DNA of 42,088 bases from Anaerolinea thermophila (GTDB lineage Bacteria > Chloroflexota > Anaerolineae > Anaerolineales > Villigracilaceae): contig DYLB01000001.1 of assembly GCA_020722305.1 (NCBI GenBank), positions 1,668 through 43,755 on the forward strand, read 5' to 3'. This document shows positions 27,135 through 35,382 of this stretch, piece by piece (the first letter of the stretch is position 1; every line of letters begins with the position of its first letter). The translations under genes and the position numbers were made by a program. Under the pieces are notes generated by a model, which was not told the DNA's origin, did not search any database, and saw only the letters and a list, made by a program, of their open reading frames with translations.

Positions 27135-27833
27135 ATGCAACCCAAACCCAAAGCCCTGCTCGCGCTGGATGCCGTCTCGTTCATCCTGCTCGGCATCTCC
27201 ACCTACCTGGCGCTGGTCTACGCCCCCACCGAAGCCATCATGGGCGACGTGCAGCGCGTCTTCTACTTCCACGTGGCCACCGCCTGGGTCGGCATGTTGG
27301 GCTTCGTCGCGGCCGGCGTGACCGGGATCGTCTACCTGCGCACCCAGAACCTGAAATGGGACATCGTCGAAATCGCCGCGGTCGAGATCAGCCTGGTCTT
27401 CTTCTTCATCACCATCGTCCTCGGTTCTATCTGGGCCCGCCCGGTCTGGAACACCTGGTGGACCTGGGACCCGCGCCTGACCACCGCCGCCATCACCGAA
27501 CTCATCTACATCGCCTACTTCATGCTGCGCCAGGGCATCGAAGACCCCGACCGCCGCGCCCGCTTCGGGGCGGTTTACACCCTCGTCGGCGCGGTCAGCG
27601 TCCCCATCACCTTCATGGCCATCCGCCTCTTCCGCACCATCCACCCGGTCGTCATCGGGACGCAAAGCGCGGCCGCCCAGGGCGGCTTCGCCATGACCGG
27701 CGGCATGAAAGTCGCCTTCTTCTTCGCCCTGTTTGCCTTCACGGTCATCTTCATTGACCTGTTCTGGAACCGCATCCGCATGGGCAATCTGGCCGCCAAA
27801 GTCGAGCAGTTGCGGCTCAAACTCTCGCAATAA
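27135..27833 (+). CDS. ccmC: Haem exporter / haem-handling protein CcmC
   Basis: 232 aa with the WWD motif WNTWWTWDPRLT and the conserved His-containing loops. RBS AAGGAG. Confidence 0.93.
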   Translation: MQPKPKALLALDAVSFILLGISTYLALVYAPTEAIMGDVQRVFYFHVATAWVGMLGFVAAGVTGIVYLRTQNLKWDIVEIAAVEISLVFFFITIVLGSIWARPVWNTWWTWDPRLTTAAITELIYIAYFMLRQGIEDPDRRARFGAVYTLVGAVSVPITFMAIRLFRTIHPVVIGTQSAAAQGGFAMTGGMKVAFFFALFAFTVIFIDLFWNRIRMGNLAAKVEQLRLKLSQ

Positions 27834-27842
27834 GGAGCAAAC

Positions 27843-27998
27843 ATGTTATTCCAGGACGCCCCCGCCGACACTACCGGCTACATGATCGCCGGGTACATCA
27901 TCACCTTCACCGTTATGACCATTTACGTCATCAGCCTGGTCTCGCGCTGGCGCAACCTCCAGCGTGACCTGGACACCCTGGAAGAATTAGACAAATAA
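27843..27998 (+). CDS. ccmD: CcmD-like small membrane protein (51 aa, below the ORF-track cutoff)
   Basis: Hand translation gives MLFQDAPADTTGYMIAGYIITFTVMTIYVISLVSRWRNLQRDLDTLEELDK. It has a single TM helix followed by a basic/acidic tail. RBS AAGGAG, and it sits directly after ccmC. Confidence 0.65.
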   Translation: MLFQDAPADTTGYMIAGYIITFTVMTIYVISLVSRWRNLQRDLDTLEELDK

Positions 27999-28015
27999 TC
28001 ACCCCAGGGTTAACC

Positions 28016-28043
28016 TTGCCGCCCCCCTAGAGTCCGCTATAAT
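28016..28043 (+). promoter_or_regulatory. Candidate promoter for the SLT-domain gene
   Basis: TTGCCG, a 16-nt spacer, then TATAAT (28038-28043). The -10 box sits in the loop of an 8-bp hairpin, TAGAGTCC (28028-28035) / GGACTCTA (28049-28056). Confidence 0.4.
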
Positions 28044-28074
28044 AAAGAGGACTCTACAATATATAGGGATTTGG

Positions 28075-29718
28075 ATGGGACAACCTCAACGCCTGGCGAG
28101 ATACCTGCTCCTGATCGTGTTTACCGTCTCGAGCATCGCGATAGCGGTTCAAGCCCGGACCGGTCGCGTGGTCGCCGCGCCCGTTGACCCTCCCGGCCCC
28201 GACCGCTTCGCCGCCACCCTCGTAGATTACACCCTCTATGAATGGTGGCTGGCCGAGTGGGAAGACGACGAAGTCCATTGCAGCCTCGAAGTCGAACACG
28301 AAGGCGTCCCCACCCCCGACGAAATCTACGTCCAATGCGGCAAAGACATCTACAACCTGTGGGTCAGTCAGTTGCCTTGTCCCGGCTCTGGCAACCAGGA
28401 AGACCGGATCACCTGTGAGGGATTTTACATCTACCAGGTCAGGGCCACACCCTCCCAAAAAGAAGTAGCCATCCCCCTCCCCCCGCCCGAAGTCTGGCTG
28501 GCCCTGCCCAACTGCACCCCAACAGCCACCTCCACCAACCTGTGTAAGGGCAAAAGACCGAGACTGCGCCTGATCGGCATGGAACCCCTGCCCGAATACC
28601 AGATCATCCGCCTGGCGGGCGAATTGAACGGCGAACCGTTCTCCTGTGACGATACCGCCGCATGCAGCATCCCCCTCCTTGAGACCGACGAGGAGGGCGT
28701 CCCGCTCGATTTCTGGGCCTATTCATCCTACGGCGACAGCAGCGAAATCCTGAGCGCCCGCCTGCGGGTCCTCCCCTCCCCCGATTCGACCGACGACAAC
28801 CCCCTCTGGCTCGTGGACGTGCTCAGCCCGCAATGGGCCGGCGCGCCGCTGCTCTCCTGCGCCGAATCGTGGGACGCCTTCCCGCCCACCGAGGGACTGC
28901 CCGCCTGGCTCACCCCGGTCCAGAGCTACGAAGAACTGGCGACCAACATCCCCTACGACTACCTGGCCGGCAACCTGATCTCGCGCGGCCTCGTGGATGT
29001 GAGCATGTGCGTGGACAGCGGCCTGCTGGGCAACGGTTGGGCCAGCCCCTGCGGATCACAAGCCGCAGCTCCGGCCGTCGAAGCCTGGCAGAACCAGTTC
29101 GACGGGCTGATCTTCGACATCTCACAAGAGACGGAAATCCCGGCCCAACTGCTCAAGAACCTGTTCAGCCGCGAAAGCCAGTTCTGGCCGGGTTACATCC
29201 CCGGCAAGCTTGACGTGGGCCTCGGCCAGTTGACCGAAGACGGAGCCGACACGATCCTGATGTGGAACCCGGCTTTCTACCACGAATTCTGCCCCCAGGC
29301 CCTGGATGCCAAACGCTGCAAAAGGGGCTATCTCAAACTCAAGGATGCCGAACGCCAGGAACTGCGGATCGCCCTGGTCTCCAGCGTGAACGCCTATTGC
29401 GACGAGTGCCCGCTCGGCCTCGACCTGGACAAGGCCAATTTCAGCGTCGAAGTCTTCGCCCACGCCCTGCTGGCCAACTGCGAGCAGACCGGGCGCATGG
29501 TCCGCAACGTGAGCGGGCAAGCCCCCGGCAGCGTGAGCACCTACGAAGATATGTGGAAACTGACCCTGATCAACTACAACGCCGGGCCGGGCTGCCTGGC
29601 CATGGCTCTCAACGATTCCTACCGCTCCGGCGACACCATCACCTGGGACAGCGTTTCAGCCAAACTCACCCCGGTCTGTGAAGGGGCGATCAACTACGTC
29701 AATGACGTAGCGAAGTAA
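28075..29718 (+). CDS. Secreted Cys-rich protein with a C-terminal lytic transglycosylase (SLT, family 1-like) domain
   Basis: It has an N-terminal signal/anchor and the SLT motif series FSRESQF ... GLGQLT ... INYNAGPG. Confidence 0.75.
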   Translation: MGQPQRLARYLLLIVFTVSSIAIAVQARTGRVVAAPVDPPGPDRFAATLVDYTLYEWWLAEWEDDEVHCSLEVEHEGVPTPDEIYVQCGKDIYNLWVSQLPCPGSGNQEDRITCEGFYIYQVRATPSQKEVAIPLPPPEVWLALPNCTPTATSTNLCKGKRPRLRLIGMEPLPEYQIIRLAGELNGEPFSCDDTAACSIPLLETDEEGVPLDFWAYSSYGDSSEILSARLRVLPSPDSTDDNPLWLVDVLSPQWAGAPLLSCAESWDAFPPTEGLPAWLTPVQSYEELATNIPYDYLAGNLISRGLVDVSMCVDSGLLGNGWASPCGSQAAAPAVEAWQNQFDGLIFDISQETEIPAQLLKNLFSRESQFWPGYIPGKLDVGLGQLTEDGADTILMWNPAFYHEFCPQALDAKRCKRGYLKLKDAERQELRIALVSSVNAYCDECPLGLDLDKANFSVEVFAHALLANCEQTGRMVRNVSGQAPGSVSTYEDMWKLTLINYNAGPGCLAMALNDSYRSGDTITWDSVSAKLTPVCEGAINYVNDVAK

Positions 29719-29730
29719 CGAAAAAATACC

Positions 29731-29770
29731 AAAAGGAGAGGAGACGAGTGATCGTCTTCTCTTTTTATTT
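29731..29770 (+). terminator. Intrinsic terminator after the SLT-domain gene
   Basis: AAAAGGAGAGGAGACG-AGTGAT-CGTCTTCTCTTTTT forms a stem with G.U pairs and is followed by a T-rich run. Confidence 0.6.
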
Positions 29771-29940
29771 CCCAAAAATTGGCTGGTTCAGGAAAAGTGA
29801 TAACCATCCATCAAAAATCCTTATGATTCTCACTGTTAAAGAAACGGCATTGCCGTCAAAATAGGAAATCCCGCCAAGTTTGTGACGACTCGCCAAACCT
29901 GTGCTAAACTTGCAGGACATTCCTCACCATAGGAGACCCC

Positions 29941-31950
29941 ATGCTGACACTTGTCGAAAAAATCTTATTTATAATCGCCGTCATCGCCTCGCTGTATTTC
30001 ACCTGGCTGGGGGTGAAACGGATTATCAAGATCATCGGACGCGGGCAGGGCAAGCCGGACTGGTCGCTGGCGTGGAAGCGGCTGTGGAAGGTGGCCCTCA
30101 AGGTCGGCAGCTTCAGCACGCTGTTCCGCTTCAGACTCGGCCCGAGCCTGCTGCACGGATTGATCGGCTGGGGGTTCCTCTACTTTTTGCTGGTCAACCT
30201 GGCCGAATTACTGCAAGCCTTCATCCCGGGCTACCGCTTCCTCGAAGGGACAGGACTGCTGGGCGACCTCTACCGCCTGCTGGCCGATATTTCCACGGCG
30301 GCCGTGCTGGTGGGCATCGTGGGAATGGAGATCCGCCGCTTCGTCTTCAAACCGGCTGTGCTGTCCACGCGCGAGACAACCCTGCTCGACCCACGCGCCC
30401 GGATGGGCATCAAACGCGACTCGGCCATCGTGGCCGCTTTCATCTTCATCCACATCAGCGCCCGGCTGTTGAGCGAATCGGTCTTTTTGGCGGGAGCCGG
30501 CCCGGACGCATGGCAGCCGTTCGCTTCAACGGTAGCAGGCCTGTGGTCCGGGATGAGCGAAGGAACGCGCACCGTGCTTGAGCATCTCGGCTTCTGGCTG
30601 TCGCTCGGCTCCATCGTCGCCTTCCTGCCCTACTTCCCCTACACCAAACACCTGCACCTGTTCTTCGCCCCGATCAATTTCGCCCTCAAACCCGAACGCA
30701 AGTCCATCGGCGAGCTGGGCTACGTCAACTTCGACGATGAAAGCATCGAACAGTTCGGCGCGACCAACCTGGAACACCTGGGCTGGGAGCAGATCATGGA
30801 CAGCTACGCCTGCATCATGTGTATGCGCTGCCAAGAAGTCTGCCCGGCTTACAACACCGGCAAGGTACTCTCGCCCGCCGCGCTGGAAATCAACAAACGC
30901 TATTACCTGAACCACGCCGAAGGCACGGATTTCGCGGGCGGCGCGTCCAGCAAGCCGCTGACCGAATGGGCCATCAGCGAAGAAGCTGTGTTTGCCTGTA
31001 CCTCCTGCGGCGCCTGCGTGGACATCTGTCCAGTGGGCAACGAGCCGATGCGTGACATCCTCGACATCCGCCGCTCGCTGGTGCTGATGGAGAACAACTT
31101 CCCGAAACAATGGGAAAACGCCTTCAAAGGGATGGAGAGAAACATGAACCCGTGGAACGTCTCCCAGGCCGACCGGATGAAGTGGGCCGAGGGCCTGGAC
31201 GTGCCCACCGTCGAAACCAACCCGGACTTCGAGCTGCTGTGGTGGGTCGGATGCGCTCCCGCCACTGACGCGCGAGCGCAGAAGACCGCCCAGGCCTTTG
31301 CCAAAATCCTGAACGCTGCCGGCGTCAACTACGCCGTGCTGGGACAGAACGAGCAATGCACCGGCGATTCCGCCCGCCGGGCCGGGAACGAGTACCTGTT
31401 CTTCGAACTGGCCTCCGCCAACGTGGAGATGCTCAACGAAGTGGCCCCCAAGCGAATCGTCACCACCTGCCCGCACTGCCTCCACACGATCAAAAATGAA
31501 TACCCAGCCTTCGGCGGGAATTACGAGATCGTCCACCACACGCAACTGATCAACGAACTGGTCGGGGCGGGGAAGATCCAGTTATCAGTGTCCAGTGATC
31601 AGTATTCAGTGACGTTCCATGACCCGTGCTACCTGGGCCGTCACAACCAGGTCTTCGACGCGCCGCGCCAGGACCTGAAAGCCGCCGGGCTGGTCACGGT
31701 CGAGATGCCGCGCCATGCCGACAAATCCTTCTGCTGCGGCGCGGGCGGGGCGCAGATGTGGAAGGAAGAAGAGCATGGCACAGCCAACGTCAACCTCACC
31801 CGCTTCAAGGAAGCCAAAGCCACCGGCGCGGAGACCCTGGCGGTCGGCTGTCCCTTCTGCATGACCATGCTCAACGACGCCTCCAAAGCCGACGGCGGGA
31901 CGATGGCCGTCAAGGATGTGGCCGAGATCGTGGCGGAGAGGATGAAATAA
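29941..31950 (+). CDS. Membrane-anchored Fe-S oxidoreductase: polytopic N-terminal domain, two 4Fe-4S ferredoxin motifs and two CCG domains (HdrD/DsrK/GlpC-like)
   Basis: 669 aa with about 5-6 N-terminal TM helices. The ferredoxin motifs are CIMCMRCQEVCP and CTSCGACVDICP. The CCG-type motifs are CPHC, DPCYLGR, FCCGAGG and GCPFC. Confidence 0.85.
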   Translation: MLTLVEKILFIIAVIASLYFTWLGVKRIIKIIGRGQGKPDWSLAWKRLWKVALKVGSFSTLFRFRLGPSLLHGLIGWGFLYFLLVNLAELLQAFIPGYRFLEGTGLLGDLYRLLADISTAAVLVGIVGMEIRRFVFKPAVLSTRETTLLDPRARMGIKRDSAIVAAFIFIHISARLLSESVFLAGAGPDAWQPFASTVAGLWSGMSEGTRTVLEHLGFWLSLGSIVAFLPYFPYTKHLHLFFAPINFALKPERKSIGELGYVNFDDESIEQFGATNLEHLGWEQIMDSYACIMCMRCQEVCPAYNTGKVLSPAALEINKRYYLNHAEGTDFAGGASSKPLTEWAISEEAVFACTSCGACVDICPVGNEPMRDILDIRRSLVLMENNFPKQWENAFKGMERNMNPWNVSQADRMKWAEGLDVPTVETNPDFELLWWVGCAPATDARAQKTAQAFAKILNAAGVNYAVLGQNEQCTGDSARRAGNEYLFFELASANVEMLNEVAPKRIVTTCPHCLHTIKNEYPAFGGNYEIVHHTQLINELVGAGKIQLSVSSDQYSVTFHDPCYLGRHNQVFDAPRQDLKAAGLVTVEMPRHADKSFCCGAGGAQMWKEEEHGTANVNLTRFKEAKATGAETLAVGCPFCMTMLNDASKADGGTMAVKDVAEIVAERMK

Positions 31951-31951
31951 G

Positions 31952-32035
31952 CAGTATTCAGTATTCAGTAGCCAGTGTTCAGTAGTCAGTATTCAGTAAT
32001 CAGTGAGCAGTAACCAGTATTTAGTGAACAGACAG
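31952..32035. repeat. Twelve tandem heptamers of consensus CAGTATT
   Basis: CAGTATT CAGTATT CAGTAGC CAGTGTT CAGTAGT CAGTATT CAGTAAT CAGTGAG CAGTAAC CAGTATT TAGTGAA CAGACAG. The array starts 2 nt after the stop codon at 31950. Confidence 0.95.
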
Positions 32036-32358
32036 CGCGAGGGTGGGAGCGCCGTCGAGATGATTCGCGAGGCGATGCGCGGCTGGATTAGCGTGGCGCT
32101 CGAAGACGGGATTCCCGTCCCGGAGCCAAAACCCGATGAAGACTACAGCGGCAAGTTCGTCGTGCGCGTCCCCCGCTCCCTGCACCGCAGTTGGCCGAAG
32201 CCGCCGAGCGCGAAGGCGTCAGCCTGAACCAGTTCATCAACGTGGCGCTGGGCATCGCAGTCGGGCGGGCGACCGCGCCCCAACCGCTTACCGATCCCGT
32301 GGGCGAGCGCCAACCGCAAATGGCGGTGCGGGAGAAGAAAATAAAACGCAAGAAGTAA
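32003..32358 (+). pseudogene. hicB: 5'-truncated and frameshifted HicB-family antitoxin remnant
   Basis: Frame A reads ...SAVEMIREAMRGWISVALEDGIPVPEPKPDEDYSGKFVVRVPRSLHRS, then runs out of family-like sequence. The next frame, from 32191, reads LAEAAEREGVSLNQFINVALGIAVG... up to the TAA at 32356-32358. One base is apparently missing near 32189-32191. The N-terminal HicB half is absent. Confidence 0.6.
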
Positions 32359-32361
32359 ACC

Positions 32362-32396
32362 AAAAGGAGAGCAGCCAAAACCGCTCTCCTTTTTCT
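32362..32396. terminator. Bidirectional intrinsic terminator
   Basis: The stem is a perfect 11 bp, AAAAGGAGAGC / GCTCTCCTTTT, with a 10-nt loop. It has A-runs and T-runs on both sides and lies between convergent ORFs. Confidence 0.7.
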
Positions 32397-32424
32397 CAAC
32401 CTGGTTTCCGGGCCGCCCTCTTGC

Positions 32425-32655
32425 CTAGAACGGCAGCTTCACACCGACCATCTTCAGCCCGGCGTAAATCAGCAGCAAGCCGACGATGGCTACCCAGGGC
32501 AATTTCTCGAACAAGAGCAGCAGCACGTCCCAGCCGGTGGCCTGGCCGAGCGACAATCCGCTGGCCGGGCTGATGACTCCCAGCCAGACCAGCACGCTCA
32601 GGATGACGCAGGCGATCCCCAGGAAAATCAGAATATAACCGGTAACTTTTTGCAT
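32425..32655 (-). CDS. Small hypothetical membrane protein (2-3 TM helices)
   Basis: MQKVTGYILIFLGIACVILSVLVWLGVI... A strong GAGGAGG RBS precedes the ATG at 32655. Confidence 0.65.
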   Translation of the reverse strand: MQKVTGYILIFLGIACVILSVLVWLGVISPASGLSLGQATGWDVLLLLFEKLPWVAIVGLLLIYAGLKMVGVKLPF

Positions 32656-32767
32656 TGCAGACCTCCTCAAGTTGGCAGGGTGGATGAATTACCTACATGA
32701 TACCCATTTCTGTAGCGATAAGCAACAGACATTCGACGAGTTCAGGGCAAAGATTCGGAATTCTTCT

Positions 32768-33904
32768 TCAAATTCGATCCAGACAGCGTTTCAACCGGAT
32801 GACGCCCTCTTCCAGCTCTTCCTCCCGGTAGAAACAGAAAGCGAGCCGGACGTAATCCTGCATCCCGTTTCGACTGGAGAACAGCGCCCCCTGACGGATA
32901 CCGACCTCGAACGCCTGGGCCTCGCGGCGCAGTTCAGCCGCGTCCACGCCGGGCAGGCGGACCCAGAAGAAGAATCCGCCCTGCGGAAGGGTGTATTCGG
33001 CCTGCGGCAAGTAGCGGCGCAGGACTGCATCCAGGGCCTCGAGACGGCGGGCATATTCCAGGCGCAGGTGGGCGATGTTCTCCGCCAGGCTGCCGGATTC
33101 GACCATCCCGCGCACAACGGCAGAGGTGAACGGGGCCATCCCCCCGCCGCTGTCGAGCAGGCCGCCGCCTGCCAGCCGCTCGATGACCTTTGCGTGCGCC
33201 TGGATCCATCCCAGCCGCAGGCCGGGGGCCAGGATTTTGGAAAAGGAATTGACCGAGATGACCTGCTCCACGTCCGCGGCAAAGGCCGCGAAAGGCTGCG
33301 GAGGCTCCTGGCGGTAGTGGAGGAACTGGTACACCTCGTCAGCCACGATCAGGAAGTTATGGCGCCGGGCCAGTTCGACCAGCTTTTCGCGTCGGGACTG
33401 CGAGAGGGTCCGCCCGCTGGGGTTCTGAAAGGCCGGGATGGTGTAAACGAATTTCGGACGGGACTCGGCTAATTCTGCCTCCAGCGCATCCAGGCGCAGG
33501 CCGTCGGCGTCCATCGGGATGGGAACGACCCGCAGGCCGTGATCGGCGAAAATGCGCAAGGCCAGGAAGTAAGACGGCTCCTCGGCGAAGATCACGTCAC
33601 CAGGGCGGGTGTAGAGGGAGCAGATCAGGTCGAGGGCCGAGGAAGCACCTGCGGTCACGAAGAGCAGGCCCGGGTCCACGTGTGAGCCGCAGGCCGTCGA
33701 GAGGAAATCCGCCAGGGCGCGGCGGAAGTTGCCGTCCCCCGCTTCCGCGCCGTATTGCAGGGTCCGCCGGTCACCCGTAGCGAAATAGGTCTCGGCGGAA
33801 CGGTGGAGCAGTTCCATCGGGAGCAGGTCGAAATCAGGGTCGCCCATGCCCAGGTCAATGAAACCGGGCGGGAGGTTGATTTGGGTGAGGGGGAGTTCGG
33901 TCAT
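32768..33904 (-). CDS. PLP-dependent aminotransferase, class I/II fold
   Basis: The PLP-lysine region is NSFSKILAPGLRLGW. The N-terminus reads GMGDPDFDLLP. The ATG at 33904 overlaps the upstream stop as ATGA. Confidence 0.85.
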   Translation of the reverse strand: MTELPLTQINLPPGFIDLGMGDPDFDLLPMELLHRSAETYFATGDRRTLQYGAEAGDGNFRRALADFLSTACGSHVDPGLLFVTAGASSALDLICSLYTRPGDVIFAEEPSYFLALRIFADHGLRVVPIPMDADGLRLDALEAELAESRPKFVYTIPAFQNPSGRTLSQSRREKLVELARRHNFLIVADEVYQFLHYRQEPPQPFAAFAADVEQVISVNSFSKILAPGLRLGWIQAHAKVIERLAGGGLLDSGGGMAPFTSAVVRGMVESGSLAENIAHLRLEYARRLEALDAVLRRYLPQAEYTLPQGGFFFWVRLPGVDAAELRREAQAFEVGIRQGALFSSRNGMQDYVRLAFCFYREEELEEGVIRLKRCLDRI

Positions 33905-35370
33905 GGCATTCGGCAGTTGTATTCTTCGGAGGTGAAGCAGCTTATATCGCAGATCGGGCGGGATGCGTTGGCGCGGATGATCGCTTCTTTCCACAAAATA
34001 TCGTCGGGAAAATTGGTGGATGGATAGGTTTCACGCAGGGATTCGGCGTACCAGTCGAAGTGGATCAGGTCGGTGGCGATGACGGTCAGGTCTGGGCGCT
34101 GGTGGAGGGCAAAATGAAAATACCAGAGGGCAAAGATGGCCCGGTCGCCGTCGGCAAAGATGACGGCGTTTTCGGGGAGCGATTCCATCATCCGGGTGCC
34201 GAAATCCTCGGCGCGGGCGTCGCGGGAGGCGTCCACCTGGGGCCAGCGGGAAAGGGTCAGGAGCAGGAAAAAGACCGGGAGCAAGAGCCAGGCCAGGGTC
34301 CGGAACGAGCGGGCGTGGCGTCCCGCAGCGCGGCTCAATCCCCCGATCCCCAACCCGATCCAGACCGAAAAGGCCAAAAAGACCGGGATCAGGTAGACGT
34401 AGGAGTCGAACGAGGTGTAAAAGACGGTGAACAGGGAAAAGATGACGGCGGTGTAGAGGGTGATGAAATGCAGGCGGGTGGGCTTGAAGAAAAAGATCAG
34501 GCCGGTGAAGGCGAGGCTGAGGCCGGGCAGGTCGAATTGCCGGACGAGCAGGGCAGCGATGGCCTGGAAGCGTTGGAGGGCATCCGCCAGACCGGTGTCG
34601 AACAAGCGCCCCTGGTACAGTTCGCCGGTGACCAGCCACAGGAAATTTCCCAGGCTGACGGGGTTTCCCCAGTTGACCGGAGAGCGGGAGAGCGCCCGCA
34701 GGGGCAGCGTGAGATAAACCAGCAGCCCTGCGACCAGCCAGGCGGCCACCCGGCCCAGGGACTTCCAGGCGATCTTCCGGTCAGCGCTCCAGCCGCCGGT
34801 CAGGAGGGCGACCGGGAGCAGGAAGACCGCGGTCAGGTGGTTGCCGACGGCCAGGCCGGTGACCAGGCCGCGCAGCCGGTCGAGGCGCTCCGGGACCCGG
34901 GGCGGGGGCCGGAGGGCGAGGAAAATGGTCAGGGCGACGAAGGCCGCGTGGAGGGTGTAGACCTCGGTGATGACCGCTTGCGACCAGAATATCGGCGAAA
35001 GCCCAAAGGACAGCCCTGCGAAAAAACCGGCCATCTGGTCGCCTGCGGCCGAGGAGACGGGCAGGCCGGTGACGATCCCGTAGACCAGCACGGAAGCGGC
35101 GACGGCCGCCAGGGCGGAGAGCAGGTTGGTCCGCAAGGCGAGCGGGCCGAGCGGAATGTATTGGAATACTCTCGCAATCAGCAGGTAAACCGGGTAGCCG
35201 CTCGGGTGCGGGACCCCCCCGGTCGCGGTGGCGGTGATCAGGTCGCCCCCGTCGGCGCCGTCGTTGGCCCAGGTCAGGCCGGGGGCGAGGGTAGCCAGGT
35301 AAATGGAAAACAACCCCCCAGCCAAAATCACCGGCAGGGCATAACGAGAGAACAGGCTGGAGGGCTTCAT
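33901..35370 (-). CDS. DUF2723 / glycosyltransferase family 117-like polytopic membrane protein
   Basis: 489 aa with many TM helices. The N-terminal signature is DGADGGDLITATATGGVPHPSGYPVYLL. Confidence 0.75.
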   Translation of the reverse strand: MKPSSLFSRYALPVILAGGLFSIYLATLAPGLTWANDGADGGDLITATATGGVPHPSGYPVYLLIARVFQYIPLGPLALRTNLLSALAAVAASVLVYGIVTGLPVSSAAGDQMAGFFAGLSFGLSPIFWSQAVITEVYTLHAAFVALTIFLALRPPPRVPERLDRLRGLVTGLAVGNHLTAVFLLPVALLTGGWSADRKIAWKSLGRVAAWLVAGLLVYLTLPLRALSRSPVNWGNPVSLGNFLWLVTGELYQGRLFDTGLADALQRFQAIAALLVRQFDLPGLSLAFTGLIFFFKPTRLHFITLYTAVIFSLFTVFYTSFDSYVYLIPVFLAFSVWIGLGIGGLSRAAGRHARSFRTLAWLLLPVFFLLLTLSRWPQVDASRDARAEDFGTRMMESLPENAVIFADGDRAIFALWYFHFALHQRPDLTVIATDLIHFDWYAESLRETYPSTNFPDDILWKEAIIRANASRPICDISCFTSEEYNCRMP

Positions 35371-35382
35371 CGGAGGGTAAGC

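Noticed and set aside
29901-30581. A 226-aa ORF overlapping the start of the Fe-S oxidoreductase
   Set aside because: It is an alternative frame of a gene whose listed frame gives coherent TM helices and Fe-S/CCG motifs. The product is Arg/Pro/Gly-rich.
31951-32424. An intact HicAB toxin-antitoxin module
   Set aside because: Only a truncated, frameshifted hicB-like remnant is present. I found no small HicA-like ORF (dsRBD-like, about 60-80 aa) on either side.
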